Origin: Bipalium vagum
Taxonomy: Eukaryota
Reading direction: 5' to 3'
NCBI GenBank assembly: GCA_037834085.1
Contig: JBBMKC010217243.1
Span: 1-34,446 of the forward strand
DNA length: 34,446 nt
Numbering within the stretch: position 1 is the stretch's first letter; each line of letters begins with the position of its first letter. Below the pieces are notes generated by a model, which searched no databases, was not told where the DNA came from, and saw only the letters and a list, made by a program, of their open reading frames with translations. Positions 1 through 13,100 of the stretch are shown piece by piece. A program made the translations under genes and the position numbers.

Positions 1-124
1 CTGTTATTAAAAACAAAGGTTATGCTTGTAAATATTAATTACAGGACCTATTTGTATAATTAATCTTATTTTTTAAATAAATGTTATGAAATATGTACTT
101 TTTAAAATTTTCTTTGTTTTCTAT

Positions 125-155
125 AGGTGTTCCTAAACTTTCCGCGGGTATTGTA
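125..155. mobile_element. Tc1-like transposon terminus (relic TIR)
   Basis: The reverse complement reads TA-CAATACCCGCGGAAAGTTTAGGAACACC, resembling the Tc1-type end CAGT..GGCCAAAAGTTT.G.ACACC with a TA target at 154-155. No partner end was identified. Confidence 0.4.
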
Positions 156-636
156 GATCAAAATGATTAAATCTTAAATTAATAAAAATTCAAAATATAG
201 AAAAATTAAAAGGCATTTTTTATTATGTTTATTTCTTTTATTATTAAAATTGTTTAAGATGAATTAATTTTTCATAACTAGATAAGGAAAATTAATAAAT
301 CTAATTTATGATTCTCAAAAATTTTGTTATAGGTGTAAACGATCATTTAAGGTCTTCATTTTTAGGTAATTTGTTAAAGTGTTTTAACAACATTCAACGA
401 GTTTGCAATTTTTGACCCAATGTCTCTGCAACAAGAAAGGAGAAGATTTATGTTGATAATATATAAATGCTGATTTGCCTACTTTAACGTGATACACAAG
501 TTATAAAAACTAATCTTTCGTCGTTCACCATCGCGTACTAACCCTGTTTACTTCTCATCGCCCAAATTTAGAAGCACTGGTTAAGTGGATGACACTTAAA
601 TTTATGAATGAAGATAAAACAAAAAAAACTAACTGA

Positions 637-1330
637 TTAAAAATGGATTAATTTAATGAGATAAATTATCGAACGAAACATTGATCTAAAAAAAGAATTT
701 AGCCAATCATAAAAAATATCAAAAAGTCTATAAGTAATATGGAATTTTTGAATAAAATGACGTAATCTTACATCTCCTGATATGGTAAATTGAAGTAAAA
801 CACCGTTGAATATTTCAATCATTTTTCCAGTTATCTTAGAACTGTGATCTGCATTCTGGAGCACAGAAAGCAAGAGGTCGTTGACCAAATTCAAAGATTG
901 ATTTTGCTTCGAATCGACTTCTTTTTCAGGTTTTGATTTCGGATCTGAGTTTTGTACTTGAGGGATAATAACCTCCGAAACTTTGTTCAGTTTATGCATC
1001 TGAACCTTGGTTGATTTTACTTTCAATTTCCGACATGGCTTTTGAGACGGAACAGAAACAGGTACTTCTTTAATCGAATTCACTCGGTTATTTTTTCGAA
1101 TGACCTAGACATATTAGAAAAGCTCAGGTTTCTATGATATTTACTTTAATTGATTCTAAATCATTATTCTTGAATATATATAATGAACAAACGACAAGGG
1201 CTGACAAAAAAATCCAAAAGTATATCAAAACATTTGTTATATCGTGGTTCGATTTATTTCTGTATTCAATCAATTTTTTAAAAAGGAAGTTCACGAATTG
1301 ATATAAAAATTCAATCAGTAAATTTCCCAT
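637..1330 (-). CDS. Spliced orphan protein with one N-proximal TM helix and a basic low-complexity middle
   Basis: ORFs 1124-1342 and 637-1083 join in frame through a 40 bp phase-0 intron (1144-1105, GTAAAT...TCTAG), giving ...NDLESIK|VIRKNNRVNSIK.... ATG is at 1330 and the TM segment is VLIYFWIFLSALVVCSLYIF. The 3' end is ambiguous: read-through to the stop at 637, or a second 44 bp intron (771-728, GTAAGA...TTATAG) ending ...SGD|TF* at 719. Confidence 0.5.
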
Positions 1331-2329
1331 TTTTCCATTCAAAAATTAAAACATTTACAGTCATAAATATTTCAGCATTAATGCATTTAAACAAATATCA
1401 AGGTCATTCGTTTTTAAGATGAATTATGATATGAAAAAGACTATTAGTATTAACATTAAATTGCTAATTAATATACCACTTTTTGTCACCATTTAATCAG
1501 CAAAAGGAAATATATAGTGACAAATAAAAGGATTGATTGCACAATAAATGTTATAAGAGTGGATCTGTGGAAGTTATATTTTGTTCATAAAATAATAGAA
1601 ATTAAAAAAAATTATATAAAAAGGTAATTAACTTCAAGTTAATCAATATTGATTTTTAACCTATTGATTTTTCATTATTATTTTAAATAAAATTTTCAAA
1701 AATTTATTTTAATAATTTTTTTATTTATTTAAAATAAAATGCACATAAATATATATTATTACAAATCACGAAAAATTATGTTAACCTAAAAAATTAAATT
1801 TTTTTGAGATTGCATCCCAATTAATGTATTATATTACATTTATATTATATTACCAAATTATGTATTAAAATTAATAATTAAAACTAATTACACGAACAAA
1901 GAAATTTAACAAATGGAAAATCTCTAATATAATTATTTGATTATTTTTAGAGAATATGAACTTTGTTTACTAAAGATAATAGCTTTCTTATTTAACATCA
2001 AATCATATATCTAAGAGTTCAAATTATTTTTATATTATCCTTTAAATGCAGTTCATTATGAAAAATAAAAAAGTAATTGAACCTTTTTTTTCAAACAAAT
2101 TTCAAACAAAAATTAATTCAATAAATATAATAATTTGAAAATAGATTTAATTGATTAACAGATCGATAATTAAAAAAATCGATTTTTTAATAAAACGTTT
2201 ATTTTAAATATTTTCCATAGTAAAAATATAAATAAATAAAATAAAAATGATCTAAATGCTCGAATTTAGGCAGATTGGGAAAATATTACAATAATAAAAA
2301 TATGCTGACAGTCTTAGTAATATGATAAT

Positions 2330-3502
2330 ATGAAGGTTGTTCATCGAGAAATGTCATCAAGCGAACGATTGCTATATCACATTTCTTGTTTTTTAAAAAT
2401 TATTTTGTCATGTCTCAGTTAAATATTTTAAATGATATAAAATATTAAAAAATAAAATAAATAAATGATTTTATTTATCCAGATTTTGAAAATATTACGA
2501 ATATTATTAAGCAAACAATTGCTCTTACGTTTTGCTATAAGCATATGTGATTGGTATTATTTATATAAATGAAAAATGGTTTAGACTAATCACCACATTC
2601 ATCGGTTTGACCGTTAGTTGATAAACAACTTTAATAAATCAATGAAATAGTCTTCCGTTGTCAAAGTATAATTATTTCTTATGTTTACTAAGTTAATCAT
2701 TAAAGTTAATATTTCAACAGATATTTATTGATTTTAATTATGAAAAACTAAACTTTCTGTACTATATTTTATTACTATTTTTAGTATCAATTGGAAAATA
2801 TTGATTCTAAAAATAGTCTTATACTAATACATCGAATTAAGAATATGTTGTTCAGTAAATTTGCATCTTTAAGTTGATCAATCAGCTCCGCTCACACAAC
2901 CGTTCTGTTAGAAACATCATCCTCTTCTAAATAATGAAATACTTAAATATGATAGGCTTTTTTTCAAAACAGTTGGCAGGATTCTGTAGACTGACACATG
3001 GAATATCTAAAAAATTTCCAGCCTCGCGAACCGATAAGTGAAGTGATTGCTGAAAAGTATCGCTAATCATTTGACATCTTTCATCAGATTTCCTTGGTCG
3101 TCCAGTTCTGAAATCATCATGAACAAATGAAGTTCTCTGAAATATCATTACCAACTCACCCATAGCTTTATCTGTCGACCCTTTTTATGATTTTTTAAAA
3201 CATTGTTTTCTTATTTGTTCTTATTTTACTACTTTTATTCTTAATGTAACTACTAATACTCGTTCTTCCATATTCATTTTCAATAAATAGATCTAAAACT
3301 AAAACAATCAATAAGAATATTTAACTGCATGATTAATTGTATAGGGTTCTAAAAGTTTTTTCACGATATTTATTTTGTTGCACCAGCTTTCAATAAAGTA
3401 CAAATAGAAAGAGACTTTTGTAGCATTTTCGGAAAAAAAACTTGTTTTTCAAAATTTTAAATATTTTTTGAAATGGATAGGACTTTCAAAACTCCTCGTG
3501 TT
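2330..3502 (-). mobile_element. Degenerate Tc1/mariner-superfamily transposon
   Basis: ORF 2927-3163 contains DDFRTGRPRK followed by a helix-turn-helix (HLSVREAGNFLDIP), the typical GRPR linker plus second HTH. Mariner-like end sequences lie near 3480-3501 and, more weakly, near 2330. Boundaries are approximate. Confidence 0.55.
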
Positions 3503-4126
3503 ACAAGGGGGTAATAATAAAATGTGTATTAGAGAATGTTCTCTGATCATATTTTAAAAACTATTAATATTAATATTAAAACTATTTCTGGAAATTTATT
3601 AAATTAAACCCTTATTGATTTTTTTTATAAAAAATGACGCAGAGGTGGTTCTCCAAAACTTGGTTTTTATATTAAATGCACATTTTTATCCATTAAACTT
3701 AATATTCAGTTTTAATGTTAATGTTGTTGCAGTTCCTTTTGGTTGTTGTCAATCGTAATTTTCATAATAACAAAAAATTTTAAAATTCGGAGGTTCATTG
3801 AAAATTTTGATAATAAAGTGACACACTTAAAGTGTATCCTCTCCCCGACGGCCATTTGTGAAAAAAGGTTTATGAAACATCAGCTCGTTCTAGTAAAACC
3901 AACACAAAAGATAGAGCAAAAATTAATTACTTGTTACATAAAAGTTTTGGGAATGAAAATAACCTTGGATCACAAACCTTTATATTTTCAAAATAATTAA
4001 TGGAGCATGTCAGCCAATAGAAACGAGCTTGTTCATATAAACAAACAATTATTCATGAATATTTATATTAATATAAACATATCGATTGTATTCTGCTCTG
4101 AAAACCGTTTTTTAAATATTAAATCA

Positions 4127-7100
4127 ATGAATTTTTTCATTTTATTTTCATGTGCAGTTTTTACTTGCTTACCTGTTCTTATGATTGGGGGTCGGCACAA
4201 TTTTATAAATCTATCCAGGTTTGATTATTATGTGCATGAGAACTTTGGAAAAAGCAAAATTCGCGTCATTTCCAAAAATGAGGGTTATGAAGTTATTTTC
4301 TTTCTTTTGTACAAATGATCAATTTCCGATAAAATCCAGATCACATGTTTCAATTGCACTTACGGATCATTCGAAAAAGCTTGTGAACATGGCAGCTTGA
4401 CAAGCTTAGAGGTGGTTATCACATTTGAGAACGTGGTCGTGTCGTTTCTATTTAACGTTTCATGTGAGACTAAGCCCAATTCAAGAAATCTTGATTCTAT
4501 TCTAAGTACCAAGGAAGTTATTGGAACAGACAATATTTCTGTGTCTTGGAACCATCCAGCTGATCATATAAATTATTTCTATATCATTTTTATGAAAACG
4601 TATTTCATTCAATAACACATGAAACTTTATTTATTTACTTTCTCAGGAACAATCTCAACTCAACTTTAATAACCGAAAAGGCTGAGGTCACCTTTTCCAG
4701 CCTAAAAGAAAAGTCACACTATCAATTCTGTATCGCCACCATTGATAAAAGGTGGAGGACAAGCTTGTTTTATTGTAAGGTAATTTTAATTGACTTTGTG
4801 GAAGGTAAACGGAAAGAAAACTATTGGTCAGCATGGGAAATTTGGAGAGCCAATCCGTTATCCCATGAAAGTAATTTTGAAGTTCAGATGGTTCCTTTCA
4901 ATAGAAATAAGAGATCTACAATTGAAAACTTCAATAATCAAGTTAAAGAAAGTAGAATAGAAAGAAAAGAATTATACTTTCTCATTTCTATTATTTTAGA
5001 CAGCGGGACTGTGCAAAATTTAAATATATTTCAGCTTGGTGATGAACTTCTGAAAATCAGTTTTGATGAACCCAAGAAACCAAAAGGAGTAATAATGAAA
5101 TATAAAGTGAGAATCACAAAGACCTCTATCTGTGTAAAGGTGACATGTTACTTGTCATATTCTTTCATTGACTTCTTTCAGCTCAATGAAGACCTGCACA
5201 TTACTTATATCAATAGTGATGAGAGATACTTACCTATATGTATGCTGAAGAAATGTGCGTCCTATTTGTTTGAAGTAAGCCCAGTAAATGAATTGAACAA
5301 CAAGGGAGGATTTGTCGAAATGGTCTCTGCACCATTTGAGTATTATAATAGTAAGTCTAAGTTGTAATTATCATACAATTGATCATGATGATTAGGTGAT
5401 CCAATGGAATCTACGGTGTTTCATGCAAAATTTATAGCTGCAAATATGATCAGCATTTCCGTTCGTAATTTGATCAATGAAAATAAATGTTCCATGAAAG
5501 GATTTGTTATTGAAGTTACTGGAGAAGACAATAAAAATAATTGTCTTACAATAATAAGCTTTGCAGATAATTGTACAGAATTGAGCGGGGTAAATATGTT
5601 AAATAGTTAATAATATTATTATTAATTATTGAAATGGCATTATTTTCAGATTTTGCAAGAGAAATATAAATGTCCTAATATTGAGTTTATAAAATTTGAT
5701 CGCTTAACAGAGAATTTTCAATATTTTTCTACAATGTTTAGATATGCTGAACGAGCCAAATTTGAAGCTTCAACGATTAATAATAAGCTCGGGACATCTA
5801 TTTATTCGAAAGTACTGTTTTCAGAACAGATTCAAGGTGATTTTATTATTAGTATTTAATTCTCATGTTGATTGAGGATAATTTGATGGAAAAATTTAAA
5901 GATATGTATCAAATACAATTGTGTACTATAAAAGTCGTTTATTGAAAAAGGCTGTCAAAATTGATCCAAAATGCAAAAATATACACCGGACTTAAACCGC
6001 TCTTAAACTAGAAAAGCATGCATCGTCACATATGTACCTATGCGAAATCTATTATTTTAGACCAGAAATTTTAAAGTTACTAGAATAAATACAATATTTA
6101 AATATTTTTAAATTACCTCTCTAAATTCATAAATTGCAAATAACCTACATATTAATTAAACAAACTTACAGATTTGATATTAAAATATGCGATTAGCTAT
6201 TCGTTAACCTGATAGATTTAATAAGAAAGTTTTATATTTAACGATGTTATAATTTTTTAAAGTATTTATTTTTGATTTAATTTTTTACAATTACTGAACA
6301 TAAAATCTGAACATTAATACAGAGATCTTAAGAACCGTATTTTTAGCAGTTTTTTTATTTATTAAAAAGTTACTTAAATTCTTGATCTTATTGTGAAGCA
6401 TTTTATTTGACTTTAAATTTCTGAATCAAAAACCATTAACTTTATCTAATGTTTCTTATAGACTGCTTCACCGACTGTTATTACCCTGGTGAAGAATATA
6501 AAGGAATTAAGTCTGTTACCAAGGATGGGTATACTTGTACGTATTGGAATGAAACTAAATATTTACATTACAAAAACGTTAAATCCAACATTTGTTCCTC
6601 AATTAAAAATAATTATCCGTGGTGTATGTCAAAAAATGGATGGAAAGAATGTGATGTACCGCCATGTTCTGATATTAATTATGGTTTTAATAATATTTTT
6701 ACAATTGTATTTTGGAATTGTTACTCTTTATAGGTACGGGTTGTGTGGAAGTTCTGAATAAAATCGAAACTGCAGAATCCGTCACAATAATATGGTCCTC
6801 AACTGAACAAAATGCTAATTATATTGGATATATAACACTTCTGTATAATCAGAATCACTCATGCGTGCAATACCATGTTCAATTATGCAAAGATTGTGGA
6901 TCAGTATGAGAATAATGAACAAAGATGGAGTATTTAATGTTTCTAGGATATCATTTTAGATAGGGTACTCGGAAGTTTCTATTTGTCATGTTTTACAGGA
7001 AAAGCTGACAGCAGTATCACTTTTAAAACTATTTTCAAAAGTCTTTATCCAAAAAGAAGATACACTGTTTATATTATTCCAATTATTGATCAATTTAGAA

Positions 7101-10100
7101 CAGGAGAAGTTAAAAAGTTAATTATTCAAACAAAATTAGGAAGTATTTCTTAATCTTATCATGTCACTATTGAAGTCAATTACATATTCAAGAGCCAAGT
7201 CAACCGAAGAATATATTAATGAAGCCAGTCTCACTTGGTCAAATGTATATCAAATGGGAAAAATCTGAAGAAATTACATCTGAAACTGTTACTTATTATT
7301 CTGTGGGGATAAGAATGTCAATTTCTATTGGAATACATTTTATCAATGTTTTTAATGTATCTAAAACATTAACGGACCTAAGACATTGCTGTGAATATTG
7401 TATTCAAATCGCCAGTAAAACGGAAGTTGATTCGAGCGACTTCTCACCAGAGGTTTGTGAATATACATTTGCTCCAAGTGATATTCTTTTATTTTATTCA
7501 TTAATTTTAATGGAATTAGAACCTAGTATTGTAGAACTTAAACAGCCAGTTTCTGGGTACATGCTTAATACAGTTTTGAACTGGAAATATCTAGGAACTG
7601 AAAAATGTTCTAAAATTTATCGAATTTATGCAAAAATTAAATTTCTGGAGGAAAACATCGAATTAACATCAGGTAATGTTCTACAATAAATATTATCAAT
7701 AATATAATTATCACAAAAATAAGTATCGGTTTGATATTAAAACTCTAATATTATTAATTTTTTTAAAATAATTTAACTATTTTTAAGGTTACGCGTTTTT
7801 CAATCACTATTTAAGATACTTATAATAATACAACATTTTCATTTCATTGGATATGGAAATTTAATTTGATAACTTCTTTTATTAGTAGTTCCAAATGAAG
7901 ACCATGTATCTCAAAGTGCAAAATATTTTACAAAAATTATAATCGATAAAATCTAATCGATCGATTTCAAAAATATTTTACATTTCACCATTGTTTAACA
8001 TGTACTTTCGAATGCATTAAAAAATTGAGAGGGAAAAATTTTGTTACAGGTGTGTTATCAGAGCCTTTGACTAAGAAATAACTAAATTAACCGGAATACT
8101 TTTGAGAAGAGTAGAAATGACTTTCCAAATGTAAATAGGATACATTCTTGAAAGAAGAAAAGGAAGTGGAAGGGTTCGAAAATTAAAAAAACAAATCAGC
8201 AGAGACTCAGCCAATTTTCATAAAAATGACAAAATTATTCTTTGATATGACAAAAGAAATGAAAAATCTTTGATCATAACAAGTCCAACCAAACACTATT
8301 TTAAATTACCTGTATTGATCTAGTTCTTCAGAAATCTCTCTTAAAAGAATTCTCAAGTTAACCTTGAAACATAATACGAATAGAGCAAAATGATGTGAAG
8401 AAAACAGAAAAAAGATGGAATAACTGGATTTCTGGTAATGAATGTCAATTTGAGCTGTATGACATGAAAAAAAAAGCTGGACCAAGATTAGACCTCAAGT
8501 TCCTGGTTCGAAATTCGGACCATCCATCATAATCATATTGAATGTAATTAGCTCTACAGGCAAATGAAATTCGATTTTTATAAAAGGTACAGGAAATATT
8601 AAAAAGGTCTTAAGATTCATTTTTAAGTCTTTAACAATATGGTATAACATCTCATACCTCAAAATCCACCCCTGATTGATTACAGAAGAGAAAATGTACG
8701 TTAAGTTTAAGATAAGAAAATTCTGTTGACCTTAATCCTATTGAAAATCTTTGGGAACTGAAAAGAAAATCAAAAGATGTGGGTAGTTTACAGCTTCAAG
8801 AAAATTTGGATGGTATACCAATTACAACTATGCCAAGTCTTCAATTCAAGACATGCAAACAAGACTTGAAAGTTTTATTGAAAAAAGGAATAAATTAAAT
8901 AATTATTTTTATTGTGTCCTTCATATACGAATATGTGAAGTATTTAGTAATTTTATTATTTTAAATTAAAGTAAAATGGCAAATAAGAACCACCACCATT
9001 TGTTGTGATAACTATATGTTTGATACTTACAATTATTCAAATATTATTTATTTTATTATATTATTTATTTAAATGTTTTTCAAAAAAATATTAAGTAACC
9101 ATGAAAACTTATACTCTTATAAAATAAATAAATATATTTTATATATCACAAGTCCACTAATATTACTAAAAAATGTAACTAAAATGTTTTATTAATGAAA
9201 ATACTTTCCCTCACAATCAACTATACTTTTCTAATGAGATGTTAGATACCTTTTATAGAGTTGAGAGTCTATAGAAATTGCCAGCTACCAATTAAATTTC
9301 TTTTCTATTTCGGAATGGCTTTTACTTGAGAGAAAGACATGATAATCAGCTTGAGAAATATCGAGAGAATATGGAAATTGTTACAATACTTCTATTAAAA
9401 TTCATAGACGTTTGTGTAGCGACTAGTAACCTTGGATTATTGTGTAGGAAAACTGCTTTATTTCTTTAGATAAAAGCCTATTAATTAAGGAGAATCTTAA
9501 TTTTTCCGCGTTTCAGCTGTTGTACATACAAATAGCCAGTTATTATCTGACCACTGTAAAAAATTTTGTGATGAACATTTTACCACACGCAAAGCATGAA
9601 TTGTGAGGAAAGGCAGCATTTTGAAGTCTGTAGCATCACATCCTTGATTATCAGTCAATGATGAGTTAGTTTGTTACTTTTGCGGTTTGGTCATTTGTCA
9701 TCAGAAATAACGTTGTAATTAAAAGATTTGCAACTTCATGACATCTCAGATGCGAACACATATTGTAATTCTTTGCAACATTTTCATTTATTAATGTCCC
9801 TGAGATCCACTTATTAATCTTCCAGTGTTTTCCGATTTTGTCAATAATCTCCAATAATGCTGAGCTTAAATTCATACAGTAAAAACAACCCTGCAGAAAT
9901 GTAATGAGTTTTGATTTACCTTTATAATCACAGAACTTGTTACTAATTCAGTCTTACCTCTTTAACAAGCTAGCCGATATTGGGCACGAAAGGTAGTTTA
10001 GAAGCTAAGATGATGTCGAAATAGCCTTCAATGAATTTTTTGTCTCCAGTGACAAATAATTACTCATAAGGGATCAAAAAACTTTTTACATTAACATAAA

Positions 10101-13100
10101 TCGAATTTTTTTATTTTGATGAGATTTACATTATTTTTACTTTCAAATCAGAAAACGTTATTACTTTTCAAAAACCTAATAAAAAATTATAAAAATGTTC
10201 TGCAAAATACTAAGTTACTACAATTAGTTACTTAACTTAAGCCTTTTGTAATTAATATTAATATACAAAACGAATAGAAAAATAATAAAATAATATATTT
10301 CTATTATTGGTTCAAATAAATATTAAACAGGTTATAATTCTTTACATAACCTTGAAATAAAAATTCACTGACTGATATAATTATCGTGCTCTTTAAAAAA
10401 AAAGGAATCAAAATAATGACAATAAACTCTTATTAGACAAAACAGGGATTTAAAATTACATAACATCCCAATTAATTACAAAGTAATAATCAAGTCAATT
10501 AGAATTAATAAAATAAATAAAAAAATATTTGATAATCGATTCACCTGCAAGTAGTATGAAACCGAAAGTTTATTATTTAATTTATTTATATAGTTATCAA
10601 TAGTTTACTATAGATTTGTAATGAAATTTAATAAATAGGAAAATAAAATATTTTTACTAATTTATTAATTGTAGTCGGCTTTTTTTTCATGCTTACCTTG
10701 CATCTGCTTTAGTAATGATTATTTTGCGTCCACTTGATTTATGATTGTTTTCCGTTCGTTTAATTTTATTTAGCTTCACCTTGCTCCTTTTGGTTCCACT
10801 GTTAGTGATACTTTCAGTGTATTTTTGTACTGATTTACTTCAGTATTAATATTATTAAACTTTTTGTATTTTCTAAATTTAGTAACTTGATGTTACTATT
10901 TATAGATTTTACAAACATTTTCAATCATAAATTTATTTTTAGAAGCCTTATTTAAAATTAAAAAATACATTTATTTTTAACAAATTTATTTTATTTATTA
11001 ATTTTTTCCAAATTAATCATCGAAATGATTATTTTTTACTTAATTATGATAATAATAATAATTTTTATATTTTATTTATTATTTTCATATTTAATATTTT
11101 ATTTGATAATTATTTTAACCTAAGAAAGAAGAATAGAAAGATTTAAGGTTCTAACTTTTACATAAACCTAATTTTGAATAAAAAAACTTTTATACAACTA
11201 CACAAAATTATATTATACATAATAACAGAATATTTCTTGTCAACATAAATGAATCAATGTATAATGTGTTTGTCAGGGAATTAATGTTTTGATGGAATTG
11301 ATGGTTGGAGTCTCCACATTATTATAAAATTTTTATTACTATTATTATCCAGACACTATTGTGGTTTTTAATTATTCCCTTTAAGTTTTAATTAGATCGT
11401 GGTTTTGAGTAACCCAACACAGATAAGAATTTGAAAATGACATTTTGGCAATTAAGGTTTATTAAGATTATTAGTTGATATTTATAATTAAGCTAATTTA
11501 ATTTTTAAAATATTAATTATTTAATTATTATTACTAATAAAAAATTATATTATTTATCCTTATTTAGAAAACCACACATTCCAAATTTAATCTTTAATTG
11601 GTTATAAATATAAAAATAGATTCACAAAGTATCATATTTAAATCTTTTTAGTTAAAGAGACAATTTTATTAAAAAACTTGAAGAAAAATGTGATTTATAC
11701 TGTCAAAGTGCGAGCCGAAAGTCAAATGAAAACTCTAGAGAATGAAAACATTGGAGAGTATTCGGAAATTAGGGAGTTCTATACTGGAAATGGTAAAGAT
11801 AAGAATGGGATTATCAATGAAATATTTATAAAATTCAGTTAGTCCCAATGTTTCTTTTTATAATACAACAATCAGTGTCACAAATGAAAATGTAATTCTG
11901 AATTGGGGGATAGAGGACCGAATGAAGGGGGCGATTTTTGAATTCATCATTTTGATAAAGTCCTCAGACTCGTGGTCACATTCCGTCCATCTCAAATGCA
12001 GAAACTGTACGAATGTAGAGCAAAATGTAATTTTTTTCTTATTTATTTTTAATATGCTACTCAGCCAATCATAAAAATTGAATAAAATGTTTGACAAAAT
12101 CTTCATTGTTATTGTGAAAATATAAAATTAACGAAAATTCCTGTGAATAATTATATTTTTATTCACAAAATAAAGGATAAACGAATGTATTAATTTATAT
12201 CATTTAACCTTCAGGTCATATTTTGATAATTTGTTCCTCACTTGAAAAGGCCTTTGATTTGATCAGTTTCAGTTATTCTTAAATTAATTGTAATTGTTTT
12301 TAATTTTAAAAAAATAATAAACTATTTCCAAGGGCTCTATAATATTGCATTATTTATTATATATTTATATTTTAATAGGGGTAGATAGCTACTTATAGAT
12401 GATATATAGTATGGATAAAGAAATATTTCTTGGTGTAATTAAAGCAGAAGACATTATAATATTAAGCATAACGAGGTATCACAAACCTTATGTATTTCTT
12501 TTGCTTATTAAAATATTTAAAATGAAAATATGCTAACAGACACCGTAAAACCCTTATAGTAAAGATCAATTTCCTGCAGTCTTGAAAAAATCCAAACTTA
12601 ATATTATACTGCTAGATATTAGTTTGAGAAAAAACTAGTATCGTATTTTATATATATTATTTATACTTTATATTTATTTGTAATATCTTCTATTTTTCCA
12701 CTCTCAAATGTTTGGCGAAAACCATGAAACACTGAATAATTTAGTAAGTTTTTCCAGCATATATTAATTCGATAAACGTAAAATATTATGTGGGCCGGAA
12801 ATAAACTTTATATATTATATATATAGCTGTAAATTTAAGGTTTTTAATCAATAAGTTATTGATTATTTTTATTGTTATATATCAAAGTAAAGGTCATTTT
12901 TCAATCTATATAACGGCATAATTTTTTTCTGATAAAATTAAAATTTGAGATTTAAAAATTCATGAAAATTATAGAAAAAATTCAATTTCGAGGGATATTT
13001 TTATTCTTCTTTAAATTAGAATGAAATGCAATAAAAAACTATTTATAAATGTATCTAGCATTCGGTAAAAATTTTCTTTCATTTCTACCATACAACGGTG

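Noticed and set aside
3743-4000. 85 aa plus-strand ORF
   Set aside because: TTG start, no motif and no splice link to the receptor gene; probably chance.
4007-4126. Upstream ATG at 4007 as the receptor start
   Set aside because: The ATG at 4127 begins a typical signal peptide, and the extra 40 codons look like UTR/promoter and contain a CCAAT box.
6489-6761. Overlapping 90 aa ORF with a hydrophobic stretch
   Set aside because: It is an alternative frame over the kringle exon, and the hydrophobic part is T-rich intron sequence.
7788-7956. Candidate terminal exon for the FN3 gene (VVPNEDHVSQSAKYFTKIII*)
   Set aside because: It has no clean phase-compatible path and lies inside the Tc1 relic. 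The exon at 11652 completes the FN3 domain in the correct phase.
11858-12106. Minus ORF MKILSNILFNFYDWL... resembling FYDWL at about 700
   Set aside because: It is mostly the antisense shadow of receptor exon 14. The shared 15-mer AGCCAATCATAAAAA is short, AT-rich and CCAAT-like, which is not evidence of paralogy.
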